In this document: positions 13,495 through 26,248 of the stretch, in pieces | Numbering within the stretch: the stretch's first letter is position 1 | Layout of the letters: every line of letters begins with the position of its first letter | Origin: Squalus acanthias | Taxonomy: Eukaryota | DNA length: 64,000 nucleotides | NCBI GenBank assembly: GCA_030390025.1 | Contig: CM059431.1 | Location: 143,098,001-143,162,000 of the forward strand | Direction: 5' to 3' | Notes under the pieces: model-generated | Told to the model about the DNA's origin: nothing | Seen by the model: only the letters and a program-made list of their open reading frames with translations | Database searches by the model: none | Position numbers and translations under genes: made by a program

Positions 13495-16400
13495 ATGACC
13501 CAACTCTAACATTATTCGTGGAGCTACTAATATAACTTTACTGGTGTTGACTCTACACTAACAGTACTGGTGTTTAATCTACTCTAACATTACTGCTGGT
13601 GTCTAAAATTACTGGTGGCATGCCTGCCCTGACATTACTGCTGGTGACGCTACTCTAACATTACTGCTGAGGATCCTACTCTAACATTACTGTTGGGGAC
13701 GCTAATCTAACATTATTGGTGATGAATCAACTGTAACGTTACTGGTTGTGAATATGCACTATCATTACTCATTGTGACCCTATTCTAACATTACTGGTGC
13801 TGATTCTACTCTAACATTACTGGTGGTGACCCTACTGCAACATTACTGGAGGCAAACCTAATCTAACCTTACTGATGGTGAACCTATTCTAACATTATTG
13901 GTGGTGACTCTACTCTAACATAACTGGTGGTGATTGTATTCTAACATTACTGATGGTGACCCTATTCTAACATTACTGGTGATGACCCTAATCTAACATT
14001 ACTGATGTAGACACTATGCTAAACGTAATGGTGGCGACTACACACTAACATTATTTTTGATGAGCCTACTCTAAAATTGCTTAAGGTGACACTATTCTAT
14101 CATTACTGGTCGTGATCCTACTCGGACATTACTGGGGATGACCCTACTCTAACATTATTCGTGGTGTACCAAATATAACATTACAGCTAATGACTCTACT
14201 CTAACATTACTGCTAGTGACTCAACTCTAACATTTCTGGTGTTGTCGCTTCTCTAATTATACCGGTGGTGATCCTGCTCTGACATTACTGCTGGTGACAC
14301 TATTCTAACATTACTGCTGGTGATCCTACTCTAACATTGCTAGTGGTGATCCTACTCTAACATAACTGGTGGTCACTCTACTCTAACATTACTGGTGGTG
14401 ACCATATCATCACTGGTGGTGACCCTACTCGAACACTACTGGTGATGACCCTACCCTAATATTATTAGTGATGCACCTAATATAAAATTACTGGTGACCA
14501 CACTACTACAACATCACTGGTGGTGACTCCACTCTAACATCACTGATGGTGACTCTACACTAACGTTACTGGTAGTCGACCTACACTACCATTATTGGTG
14601 ATGACACTACTCTAACATTACTGATGGTGAACCTACTCTAACATTACTGGTGGTGACTCTGGTCTAACATTACTGGTGCTGAACCTACTCTCACATTACT
14701 GGTGGTGATTCTACTCTAACATTACTGGTGATGACCCTAATCTAACATTACGGGTGGTAACCTTACTCTACCATTACTGGTTGCGAACGTAATCTAACCT
14801 TACTGGTGGTGACTCTACTGTAACATACCTGGTGGTTGCGCTTCTCTAACATTACTGGTGGTGACTCTACTCTATGGTGATGACACCACTCTAACATGAA
14901 TAAATAGGTGACTGTACACTAACATTACTGGTGTTGATCCTATTCTGAAATTACTAGTGGCGACTCCAGTCCAACATTACTGTTGATGAAACTACACTAA
15001 AATTGATGGTGGTGACTCTACTATAACATTACTAGTTTTGTCGTTCTCTAATATTACTGGTGGCGATCCTGCTCTGACATTACTGCTCAGAACACTATTC
15101 TAACACTGCTACTGGTGATCCTACTCTAACACTGCTGGTGGGGACGCTACTCTAACGTTACTGCTGGTGACTCTACTCTGACATGACTGACTGTAGTCCT
15201 ACTCTAACATTATGGTGGTCACCCTACTCTAACATTAACAATGGTGACCCAACTCTAACATTACTGGTGGTGACTCTACCCTCTCATTATTGGTGGTGAC
15301 TCTCCTCTAACATAACTTGTGGTGACTCTACTCTAACATTACTGGTGGTGACTCGACTCTAACATTGCTGCTTTTGGCTCTTCTCTAACATTACTGGTGG
15401 TGACCCTACTCTAACATTACTGGTGGTGATCCTACTCTAACATTACTGGTGGTGATCCTACTCTAACATTACTGGTGGTGATCCTACTCTCACATTACTG
15501 GTGGCGACTCTACTCTAACATTGCTGTTGGTGATCCAACTCTAACATTACTGGTGGTGATCCTACTGTAACATTACTGGTGGTGATTCTACTCTAATATT
15601 AATGATGGCGATCCTACTCGAGCATTACAGTTGGTGGTGACTCTAATCTAACATTACTGGTGTTGTCTCTGTACTAACAGTTATGGTGGTGACTCTATTG
15701 TAACATTACTGGTGGTGACCCCGCTCTTACATTAGTGGTGGTGAATCTACTGTAATTTTACTGATATTGACCCTACTGAATCATTAATTGTACCTGTGCT
15801 ACTGTAATTTTATTCTTGATGATGCTACACTAAATTACTGGTGTTGACCCATCTCCAACGTTACTCGTGGTGACTCTACACTAACATTACATGTTGTTGA
15901 CCTTACTCTATCATTACTGGTGGTGACTCTACTCTAACATAACTGATGTTGACCCTACTCTAACATTAATAAAGTTGTGACTGTACAATAACATTAAAGG
16001 TTTTGAATCTATTCTAACATTATTGGTGGTGACACTACTCTAACATTAGTGGTGGTGACCCGACTCTAACGTTAGTGGTGTTGCCTCTATTCTAACGTTA
16101 CTATTGGCGACTCTACTCTAACATTACTGCTGATGACCCGACAGTAAAATTGCTGATGTTGACCCAACATTACTGGTGGTGATCCTACTCTGACATTACT
16201 GGTGGTGATCCTACTCTGACATTACTGGTGGTGATCCTACTCTAACATTACTGGTGGTGAATTTACTCTAACATTACTGGTGGTGATCCTACTCTAACAT
16301 TACTGGTGGTGATCCTACTCTGACATTACTGGTGGTGAATTTACTCTAACATTACTTTTGGTGATCCTACTCTAACATTACTGGTGGTGACCCCGCTCTT

Positions 16401-16690
16401 ACATTAGTGATGATGAATCTACTCTAATTTTGCTGCTATTGACCCGACTGAAGCGCTAATGGTACCAGCGCTACATTAACGTTACTCTTGATGATTCTAC
16501 TCTAACATTACTGGTGCTGACCCTTCGCTAACATTACTGGTGGTGAACATACTATAATATTACTCTTGGTGAGCCTACTCTAACATTATTGGTGCTGCAC
16601 CTTATCTAATATACTTGTGTCAACCCTAATTTAGCATTACTGGTGACGCTCCTCTCTAGCATTAATGGTGATGTCCATACACTAAAATTC
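13495..16690. repeat. 26-bp minisatellite (ACTCTAACATTACTGGTGGTGACCCT)
   Basis: Over 100 variably degenerate tandem copies. Confidence 0.95.
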
Positions 16691-16719
16691 TGGTATCGAT
16701 CCGATTCCAACATTCCTTT

Positions 16720-17060
16720 GTGAAAAGTGCTGACTCCCAGGTTTCTGTACTGGGGCCTGACATTTTCACCATATTTATTAATGACTTCAATGAAAGAATA
16801 GACCGCCATGTATCCAAGTTTGAAAATGACACTAAGTTAGGTTGAAGCGTAAGTAGTGCCACTAAGATCGAGAAATTACAAAGAGACATAGAAAGATTAA
16901 ATGAGTTAGCAAAACTATATCAAATGGTGTTAAATGTCGGCAAGTGCGAATCATCCACAATAAACCAAGAAAGATAACTCGGAGTATATTCTAAAGGCTA
17001 TTAAGCTAGAAACTGTAGTGGAGCATGGGATTCAGAATTTCAAGTTCTTAAATCATTGAA
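16720..17060 (+). mobile_element. Degenerate CR1 RT fragment; probably continues at 18486-19000 after a nested insertion
   Basis: CCCCAGGTTTCTGTACTGGGGCC..TTTTCACCATATTTATTAATGAC corresponds to PQGSVLGP.LFTIFIND; CCAAGTTTGAAAATGACACTAAG to SKFADDTK. Confidence 0.7.
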
Positions 17061-17064
17061 AACA

Positions 17065-18485
17065 AGTACATCAGATCAAAAGAAATAGGAGCAGGAGTAG
17101 GCCATTTGGCCCTTCAAGCATGCTCCGCCATTCAATAAGATCATGGCTGATTTTGTATCTCATCTCCACTTACATGTACTATCCCTATATCCCTTGATTC
17201 CCTTAATATTCAAAAATCTATCGATCACTGTCTTGAATATGCTCAACGACTGAGCCTCCACAGCCCTCTTGGGTAGAGAATTCCAGAGATTCATATCCTC
17301 TGAGTGAAGAAATTTCTCCTCATCTCAGTCCTAAATGGCCGATCCCTTATTCTGAGACGGTGACCCATGGTTCTAGACTCCCCAGCCAGGGGAAACATCC
17401 TCCCTGCATCTACACTGTCAAGTCCTGTAAGAATGTTGTTTATTTCAATGAGCTCACCCTTCATTCTTCTAAACTCTAGAAAATATAGGTCTAGTGTATT
17501 CAATCTGTCCTCATAGGACAATCCCCTCAATCCAGGAACCAGTCTGGTGAACCTTCCTTGCACTCCCTCTATGGCAAATATATCCTTCCTCAGGTAAGGA
17601 GGCCAAAACTGTACACAATACTCCAGGTGTGGTCTCACCAGGGCCCAATATATTTGTAGTAAGACGTCTTTATTCTTATACTCAAATACTGTTTTAATAC
17701 CATTTACTTTCCTAATTGCTTGCTGAACCTGCATGTTAACTTTAAGTGATGCGTCTACAAGGACACCCAGCTCCCTCTGAACACCAACATTTCCCAATCT
17801 CTCACCATTTTAAAAATACTCTTCTTTTCTATTTTGCCTACCAAAGTGGATAACATCACATTTTTCCACATTTTATTCGATTTGCCATGATCTTGCTCAT
17901 TCACATACACTGTCTATATCCCCTTGAAGCCTCCTTGCATCCTCCTCACAACTTACATTCCCACCCAACTTTGTATCATCAGCAAACTTGGATATGTTAC
18001 ATTTGGTCCTCTCATCCACATCATTGAAGTAGATTGTGAATAGCTGAGGCCCAAGCATTGATGCTTGCGGTACCCCACTAGTTACAGCCCGCCAACACGA
18101 AAATGACCCGTTTATTCTTACTCTCTGTTTTCTGTCCGTTAACCAATCCTCAATCCATGCTAGTATATACCCCCAGTCCCAAGAGCCCTAATTTTGTTGA
18201 ATAACCTCTTGTGTGGCACGTTATCGAATGCCTTCTGAAAATTCACATAAACCACATCCACTGTTTCCACATATCTATTCTGTTAGTTATAAACTCAAAA
18301 AATTCTAACAGGTTTGTCAAACACGATTTCCCTTTCAAAAATCCGTGTTGACTCTGCCCAATCCTATTGTTATTTTCTAAGTGCCCTGTTACCACGCCCT
18401 TAATAGTAGATTCTAGCATTTTCCCTACTACTGATGTCAGGCTAACTGCTCTGTAGTTCCCCGTTTTCTCTCTCCCTCCTTACTA
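17065..18485 (-). mobile_element. CR1 LINE 3' fragment (RT domain to tail)
   Basis: ORF 17291-17797: LVRPHLEYCVQFWPPYLRKD..FRTEMRRNFFTQR. Confidence 0.9.
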
Positions 18486-19123
18486 GGCATAAACAAAAGA
18501 CAATGGAAAAAGCAAATTTAGTATTGGCCTATTTCTTCAGGGTGTTGGAATGCGACGGAGGTGATGCTTCAGTTGTTCGGAGCCTCGATCATTCCCAGTA
18601 CTTCATTCAAATTTGGGCAGCTTTCCACAGGAAGGTATACTGGCGTTGCAGAGGGTCCCGCAGAGGGTCCCGCACAGATTCAACGGAGCTTGGCGGGTTA
18701 CATTATGAGGACACCTCGCGGATACCAGGTTCTCATTCCATTGAGTATAGAAGATTGATTGGTAATCTGATCACGGTGTTCAAATCTAAAAGTGATTTGA
18801 TACGGCAGATGTCCGGAGAAACTATTTGCTCTGGTTGCCGAATCAAAAGCAGTGGGAAATAATTTTAAAATGAGATCTAGGCCATTCTGTAGCGATGTGG
18901 TGCAGCACTTTTTCACACAAAGGGTGGCTAGGAATCTGGAACTCAGTCCTCTAAAAGACCGTGGAAGCTGGGACACTTGGAGCTTTCAAGACTGAGAAAG
19001 AACTAGGTTGCCTTGCAAAGTTTGGAAATATATTAATCTGTTTTGTTGATACGGCAGGAAATATCATCGTGAATTGCTCGTGCATTGTGCGGCTGCATGA
19101 AAATGGGATTTGAGAAAAAGCAT

Positions 19124-19194
19124 TGCCGGGACAGGGATTTGGAACCTAGACATCTGACTAAAAGTCTAATGCTCTGCCGACTGAGCTGCAGAGG
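19124..19194 (-). pseudogene. Degenerate tRNA-Lys(UUU) relic
   Basis: Reverse strand GCAGCTCAGTCGGCAGAGCATTAGACTTTTAGTCAGATGTCTAGGTTCCAAATCCCTGTCCCGGC resembles vertebrate tRNA-Lys(UUU) with damaged acceptor and T arms. Confidence 0.7.
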
Positions 19195-19379
19195 ATTTGC
19201 TTTGCTGGGTTATCACAGCGAACTTCCCTGGCTGATATTGATGATACACCCTGCACATTTTGCAATTCCTCCTGTCGTAACGCCGCCTATCCGCAGCATT
19301 TCACTCACACACTGCCTCCCACAGTATTAGCTTCACAAACACTCTCCCTCCCTCCTCCCACACTCTCATTAACAGCCGC

Positions 19380-20360
19380 GTCTGATCTGACAAGTGCTGT
19401 TTCCCAGAGATCTGTAGTGGAGCCTCAAATTCATTTTATTAATGACTTGGATGAAGCAATACTAAGCTGCCTAATTAAGTTTGAAGATGATACTCAGTTC
19501 GGAAGGAGGGTAATTCTTTGTAAAGAGAGCGGGAAGTTTCTGAGGGACTGAGACAGATTAAGTTAGTTGGGAAAACTATATTAACAGGAGCTTGGCTTCG
19601 GAAAATGTGAAGACCCCCACTTTGGAACCAAGAATTATAAATCGGAGAATTTTCTAAAAGGTGCAAAGCCAGCAAAGGGAAGCAGAGTTTGGAAGTCTGA
19701 GTTCTTAATCTTTTAAAGCTAATGGACATAAAGAGGAAACAATGAAAACAGCTAATGGAATGTCTTACTTTTTCTCAAGTGTGCTGGAATACAATGATTG
19801 TTATTTTTCAGTTGAATAGAAGCTTGCAAAGTCCCATCGGGAGTACTGCATTCACTTTCAAGCACCACATCTCATGAAGGATATATTGGCTTTGGAGGGG
19901 TTGCAGCACAGATTCACCAGAATGATACCGAAATCAAAAAGAGGTGAAATAATCTTAAAATTTGATCGAGGCCATTATGGAGCGAATTCATGAAGCACAT
20001 CTTCACACAAAGGGTTGTTGGAAATCTGGATCTCAGTCCTCAAGAAGACTGTGGAAGCTTGGGACACTTGGAGCTTTCAAGACTGAGAAGGATCAGGCTT
20101 TCCTGCAAAATTTCGAAAACAGTTTTTTTGAGACAGCATGAAATATCATCGTGAATTGCTCGTGTTTCATGTGTCTAATTTCACTTTTCTCAAGAGCGCT
20201 CGGGTCCAATGGGGAGGAAGTTATGCTTCCGATGTATAGAACATTGAATAGTCCCACCGGGAGTGCTGCGTTCAGTTTTGGCCATCGGAATAAGTGACTG
20301 GGGAAAACTAGGTCAATTGGAGTTCAATGTGAGCTAGTGTGAAGTCATCCACTTTAGAAT
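19380..20360 (+). mobile_element. Degenerate CR1 fragments, including a partial duplicate of 18860-19085 at ~19950-20165
   Basis: Shared TTCACACAAAGGGT..GGACACTTGGAGCTTTCAAGACTGAGAA..GAAATATCATCGTGAATTGCTCGTG. Confidence 0.65.
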
Positions 20361-20724
20361 CAAGAAAGCTCTGCCGTCAGAAGCTCTGTCATGGAACAAG
20401 TCTCAAAGGGGTGACCTCAGGCACATAAGAGGTCGAATATCTGCGAGGCTCACTCGACCGTCCGCGATAGCTTTGACGGATGGCCCACAGAAATCTTGGG
20501 TGTAAATGCCTTGAACATATACGACGGACGACCAGGAAAACCTCCTGAAAATTCACCCCGAAGTGTTCGTATTATGATCTGAGCGCAGGGCAGTGGCAAA
20601 ACTTCACACAAGTCAGTACAACATTGTGGCGATGCGAGTGGATTAGTGCCTAACTTACACGCCTTCCCCTTCCTTTTAAATATCGATGCCATCCTATTTA
20701 ATATCGCCAATATTAATTGTTAAT

Positions 20725-20950
20725 GGAACGAAAGATTTGCATTTATATAGCGCCTGTTACGAGCACCGGACGAACCAAAGCACTTTACAGCCAATTAAGT
20801 ACTTTTTGAAGTGTAGTCACTGTTGTAATGTAGGGAATGCGGGAGCCAATTTGCGCCCAACAAGCTCCCACAAAGAGCAATGTGATAATGACCAGATAAT
20901 CTGTTTTTAGTGATTCTGACTGAGTGATAAATATTGGCCATGAGACAATA
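20725..20950 (-). mobile_element. Deu-domain/SacSINE1-like SINE fragment
   Basis: TTGCATTTATATAGCGCC..CAAAGCACTTTACAGCCAAT..GAAGTGTAGTCACTGTTGTAATG..GCCAATTTGCGC..CAAGCTCCCACAAA recognised as a shark SINE 3' part. Confidence 0.65.
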
Positions 20951-21057
20951 TTGATTGTTCGTCATGTAAATCGGAGATCTCATTCTGTGAAGGTGATCAG
21001 GGTGGGTATTGTGTCACTGGAAAAGAGAAGATTGAGAGGAGATATGAATCCTGCTTT

Positions 21058-22225
21058 TGTAAGGGGTATCTTAAGTGAGCGGTTCGAATCGCTCCAACAC
21101 CCCTCCGGTTCCTATACTTTGGGCTTATTTAGGGGTTGTGAACAAAATTGCAGTAAACAGGTTCTGATGCAAGAATTTTACTTTATTAAAAGAAAAAGGT
21201 AACAAACTTGAAACACACTTATTACTTAAACACAGATTCGGGGAACACACGGTACAAGCGAGGGAAATTACAATATATCAAACAAAACCTTATCTCTCCC
21301 AAAGATCCCACTATCTGGCTAGGTTTTTGGTTTCAGGAGATCAGGGATAATGCTCACCAACGAATCCTTGACAGGATATTAGTGTCTTTTATTTAAAAGG
21401 ACTCCGTAAGGCCCTTGTTGCTGCGAGGTGTCTGATGGCCACTGAGGCAGTCGCTCTGATTTCTTCTTGCGTGCTGGTCTTCTGGCCTTCTTCCTCGTGG
21501 CCTGTGGTAAGTTTTGCTGGAGCAGGGAGAGAGCTGTGTCCGCGTCGTCAGTCAGTCCGAAAGAGAGAGAAATTATGGCACAGGCTCTCAAATTATACTG
21601 TTTCTTTTTCACGCCCAAGAACCCCTAACTAAAACGAATTCCTTTTTGATTGTAAATGACCCTTGCTGCGTCCAATTTTCTAGTTTTTGGCGGGCTTGCC
21701 AGTTCGGATGGTTTTTGCTTACTGTTAATCGTTTTCCGATTTAAAACACTGCCTTATCTACGCGCCAAATCTCCACCCTATTGTCCTTCTGTTGGCGGGC
21801 TTTTAAATCTGTTCTCTGGATACCTGGTTGATTGTTTTTTTTGATGGGATAATGGCTATGAAACTGTGTGATCGAAGTTATATTGTCATTGAATCGTTTT
21901 TAGATTTCCAGCATCTTGTTTGCCCCTGGGGATCCATATTTGAATGTGTTTGTGAGTTTTGCTTTGTCTCAAACAATTCCCAGACAGCTTGATCTGTTCA
22001 CTGACCGGCCACGCCCCTCGCAGCTGGTGTCTGTGAAAAAATGTCTCTCCCAACAATGAGATTCAAAAAAAATCAGTTTCCTCAGGTTTTTCTTCCCTGA
22101 TCTTTAGATTTTTACATCAAATCACTTCACTTAGGCCCCATCATCCCAAGTTTGTATGAAAAGTCCAAAAAATCACTCCCTTTAGGGCTCTGTTCGAGTT
22201 TCTGGGGGATTTTGCGAAGCCTACA
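21058..22225 (-). mobile_element. Solo LTR (1168 bp) inserted in a CR1 fragment
   Basis: Termini TGTA...TACA; 4-bp TSD CTTT (21054-21057 / 22226-22229); AATAAA on the minus strand near 21182; CR1 reading (RRLRGDM..) resumes after it. Confidence 0.75.
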
Positions 22226-23729
22226 CTTTTAGGGTCCTAATGGGACTAGATAAATTTGACCATGAAAAACCAGTTCACCTTGTGCAAGGCAGTAGAGCCA
22301 AAGGATATGACTTGCACTTGAAGGGGTTAAATTCAAAACTAATCTGCCTAATCAACATTTCAGTGAGCGAGTGGTTAATCTATTCAACAGGCTCCCGAGG
22401 GAGACGGAGGGAGTAATTCGTATTGATATATTGAATAAAATTAGATAGATTTCTTTCATAATATCAAACTTTCGGATAGAGTATATGGGTAATTTTAGAC
22501 ATGATATGTGGTAGGTGTAGCATGCTTGGGAGAAACAGATAATATTTTGAAACTATGATACCCAAAGCTCTCTGCCACTGAGCGTTTTCCTCACCTCATG
22601 TCTGGGTCTGTTGTAGACTAATTAATAAAGATCGATTGCAATTACCAGTCAACAACTCCATTATCGCGGTATCGAGTGAATCCCAGGATGGTAGAAGGCG
22701 AACTCGATGGCCCTAAATATTTACTCGGCTAATAATTCCTTCGTAAAGTAGCCACCTTGATCACCTTCACTGCAACCGGGATACTAACATGATGTTGAGG
22801 TATTGTATGTAAAGTTCAGGCAGAGTAGGGACATTTTTACCTTCTCTCTGATGCATGTGCTCCTTGACTAGTCATCCATGATTACTGGCGATGACTCAGA
22901 AAGAATCAAATTCATGAGCTCACAATTCAAATGCTTCATATTTTTCACTTTTAAGTCGACGTTTGAAAAATTTAGGGATCCTATTCAACGCTAACCTCCC
23001 GAGTACTTCCTTGAAATCGATATATAATTATTATCAGAAAAGTGTAAGCGGTCTTGATTAGATTCACACCCTTCTGCGTTTGAACAATGGTGGGTGGGAA
23101 CATCTCTCTGCCTTGTCCCATTCAGCAGTGAAATATTAATGAATCAACACCCTCGCCAGCTAACTTGACCTTGCTAACAAGTCCAAACTGTCATGTTAAG
23201 AACAATTGGAGAATAATTACTCAATGGAAACAATCCATCAATCGACAGAAATGGGCTTTATTTTTCCGCATTACTTTTTTAAAGCATGTGGACAGAATAA
23301 ATAACTGAGATAAAAATTTATGAAATTATCTTTCCTTTATCTTACATGTTAGCATCATCGTGCACGTGGTAGGATAGTTTCCTCTGATTGCTATTACTAA
23401 TAAAATCATGAAAGCCTGCTTTCAAAACGTTTTTATACGTATTGCTTGAATCAGGGAATTTAGAAATTCCTCCTTCCGTGTTTATAATGTCAGTAACGAC
23501 CAGCAGACATCCATATACTGCATTATATTCTAAAGCATTAATGTGACTTGAGAATAGTTGTAATGTATATCTAACAATTTTTAAATTGCTCTTGATGCAG
23601 CGTTACTACAATTACAGAATCGCATTCAACTAGAATGGCAAGTTATAGCAGTGTGGAGCGCAGCACCATCAGGAGAGGACAGTTCACTACTTTCCGGATC
23701 TTCACAGAGTTTGATGTCTGTACTCGCCC

Positions 23730-24145
23730 AAGGCTTTCTCCAGAATAGAGAAGGCCGAGGCGTGACCTGATAAGAGTCTTTAAGATTGTGAAAGGTTCGA
23801 TAGAGTAGATGGAGAGAAAATGTTTTCACTTATCGGATAGTCCATAACTAGGAGCCATCAATATAAGATAGTCACAAATAAATCCAATAGGGAATTCAGG
23901 AGCAACTTATTTACCCAGAGTTTGGTTAGAATGTGGAACTTGCTACAACATGGTGTATTTGAGGCAATTAGTATGCATGCATTTTAGGGGAAGCTGTATA
24001 AGCACAAGAGACAGAAAGAATAAAAGGATATGCAGGTAGTCTTAAATGAAGAGGGGTTGGAAGAGGCTCGTCTGGAGCATAAATGCCGACACCGGCCAGT
24101 TAGGCCGAGTGGGTTCTTTCTGTGCTATAAACTCTATATAACTCC
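23730..24145 (+). mobile_element. CR1 3' fragment
   Basis: AGAATAGAGAAGGCCGAGGCGTGACCTGATA..TTTACCCAGAG..AGAATGTGGAAC. Confidence 0.7.
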
Positions 24146-24289
24146 ATGCCACGAAACCAGATGGACAGCGAACTGTTGAATGAACACAGTCCGCTGCTCA
24201 GTCTCTCGGACTCCCATTTGCTGCTCAGCTTCAAATTCTCCCTGGAAGCAAATTGAAATGTTGTCTGAGGCTCAGCATTGAAATATTAA

Positions 24290-24855
24290 CGTGCCTTTTC
24301 AATGCTCTCCTGGCCAATATCCCATCTTGCAATCTCCGTAAAATTGCTTTCATCCAAAACTCTTTTATCCGTATCATAACGCGCACGAAGTCCCGTTCGC
24401 TCATCACCCCTGTGCTCGCTCACCTATATTGGCTCCCGGTCAGGCAACACATCGATTTTTAAATTCTCAACAATTTTTTTCAAATGCCTCCATGGCCCTA
24501 TCTCAGTTACCTCCTCTAGTCCTGCAACTCTCCGAGACCTCTACACTCGACCAATTCCGGCCTCTTGCGCATCCCTGATTCCAATCGCTCCACCATTGGC
24601 ATTCGTGCCTTCAGCTGCCGAGGTCCTCAGCTCTCGAATTCCCTCCCTAAACCTCTCCGCTCTCTAATTCTCTGTTTCCGTCTTTAAAACACTCCTTAAA
24701 ACCTACCTATTTTACCAAGCTTTTGATCATCTGTCCTCTTATCTCATTATGTGTCTTGGTGTTAAATTCTGATCTGATGACGATCCTGTGGATTCCTTGG
24801 ACGTTTCATTACATTAAAGTCGCTGCTTAAATTCCTATTTGTTATTGTTGTTGTG
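24290..24855 (+). mobile_element. L2-type LINE 3' fragment
   Basis: IQNSFIRIITRTKSRSLITPVLAHLYWLPVRQHIDF matches the L2 ORF2 C-terminal pattern. Confidence 0.75.
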
Positions 24856-25059
24856 TCTGTGTATCCACAGATGCTGAATGTTTGTAGCAATTCTGGTTTA
24901 ACTTCACAATTATAGCAATAGATTTTTTTTTCTTTTTTGTCTTCCTATTGCAACATTAATTATTTAGAAACCCATTCTAAAAAAATGGCAAATAATCTAC
25001 TGAATGACATTTCTTTTACTGCCAAGAAGACAATGCACGCCATCGTTAAACGGTGATAT

Positions 25060-25136
25060 TTTATTGTAATATAGTTTATCAAGTTGTATTTCAAAACTGA
25101 AACTTTGGTTATATAAGGAGAAACTAATAGTTTATT
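25060..25136 (-). terminator. Two AATAAA polyadenylation signals downstream of the mucin exon
   Basis: TTTATT on the plus strand at 25060-25065 and 25131-25136. Confidence 0.45.
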
Positions 25137-25329
25137 TCAAATACCTATCGACCTATAAATCAGACTCTGAAAATCCGAAAACGCCCAATCCATTCAGGGT
25201 ATTGTGTCAATTTGGTAGCAATGATGCACTTGTTAAATGTGTAAAAGGTAATGGCATATTAAATCTAAATACTTGGGGAATTGATTCTTCTGTAACAGTT
25301 ATTGTTATCACTAATGACGCTACACAGGT

Positions 25330-26000
25330 TGATATGACCAGAGATGATGTATCTGATTTAGTAGATGGTGAGATTGTTATTGTACTGACCAGAGAAGATG
25401 GTGAAACTGCTTTTGTACCGACCAGAGAAGATGTATCTGATTTAGTAGATAGTGAGGGTGTCATTGTACTGACCAGAGAAGATGTATCTGATTTAGTAGA
25501 TGGTGAAGGTGCTATTGTACTGACCAGAGAAGATGTATCTGATTTAGTAGATGGTGAGGGTGTTATTGTACTGACCAGAGAAGATGTATCTGATTTAGTA
25601 GATGGTGAGGGTGTTATTGTACTAACCAGAGAAGCTGTATCTGATTTAATAGATGGTGAGGGTGTTATTGTACTGACCAGAGAAGATGTATCTGATTTAG
25701 TAGATGGTGAAGGTGCTAGTGTACTGACCAGAGTAGGTGTATCTGATTTAGTAGATGGTGAGGGTGTTATTGTACTGAACAGAGAAGATGTATCTCATGT
25801 AGTAGATGGTGAAGGTGCTACTGTACGGACCAGAGAAGATGTATCTGATTTAGTAGATGGTGAGGGTGGCATTGTACTGACCAGAGAAGATGTATCTGAT
25901 TTAGTAGATAGTGAAGGTGTTATTGTACTGACCAGATGAGGTGTATCTTATTTAGTAGATGTTAAAGGTGTTATTGAACTGACCAGAGAAGATGTATCTG
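25330..26000 (-). repeat. 51-bp (17-codon, SSLVSTITPSPSTKSDT) tandem repeat downstream of the stop codon; probable 3' UTR or formerly coding tail
   Basis: About 13 copies; Ser/Thr-rich on the minus strand but with an internal TGA near 25796. Confidence 0.8.
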
Positions 26001-26248
26001 ATTTAGAAAATGGTGAAGGTGCTATTCATCTCATCAGGGAAGAAGAATCTATGCTGAAATATAGTGAGGTGCTATTGAAATTGAGAGATGATGTATCCGA
26101 ATCAATAGATGATGAAGCTGCTTCTCTACTCGCCTGTGAATGATGTAGCCTGACTTAGAGATGATGAACGTGCTGTAATACTGATCTGGAGTGTTGTAGC
26201 CTGATTAGTGGATGAGAGTGGTACTATTCTGAACTGGGATGGTGTAGC

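Noticed and set aside
12515..16690. CRISPR-like regular repeats (also 37840-38995, 41110-43135, 48515-52320)
   Set aside because: Head-to-tail units with no unique spacers, no cas genes and a eukaryotic context; these are minisatellites and their ORFs are artefacts
19124..19194. Functional tRNA-Lys gene (also 47625-47672)
   Set aside because: The first has a broken acceptor stem and T loop; the second lacks the 5' third
22230..25145. Possible downstream beta-domain exons (a GT donor-like site exists near 25143)
   Set aside because: No beta-domain motifs (e.g. WG..V.SI.G, YWQF, GV..Y.P) recognised by eye, and in-frame stops precede the site; tBLASTn is needed for certainty
25202..25939. 245-aa plus-strand ORF (TREDVSDLVDGEGVIVL repeats)
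   Set aside because: Antisense reading of the 51-bp Ser/Thr repeat; non-ATG start and no supporting gene structure
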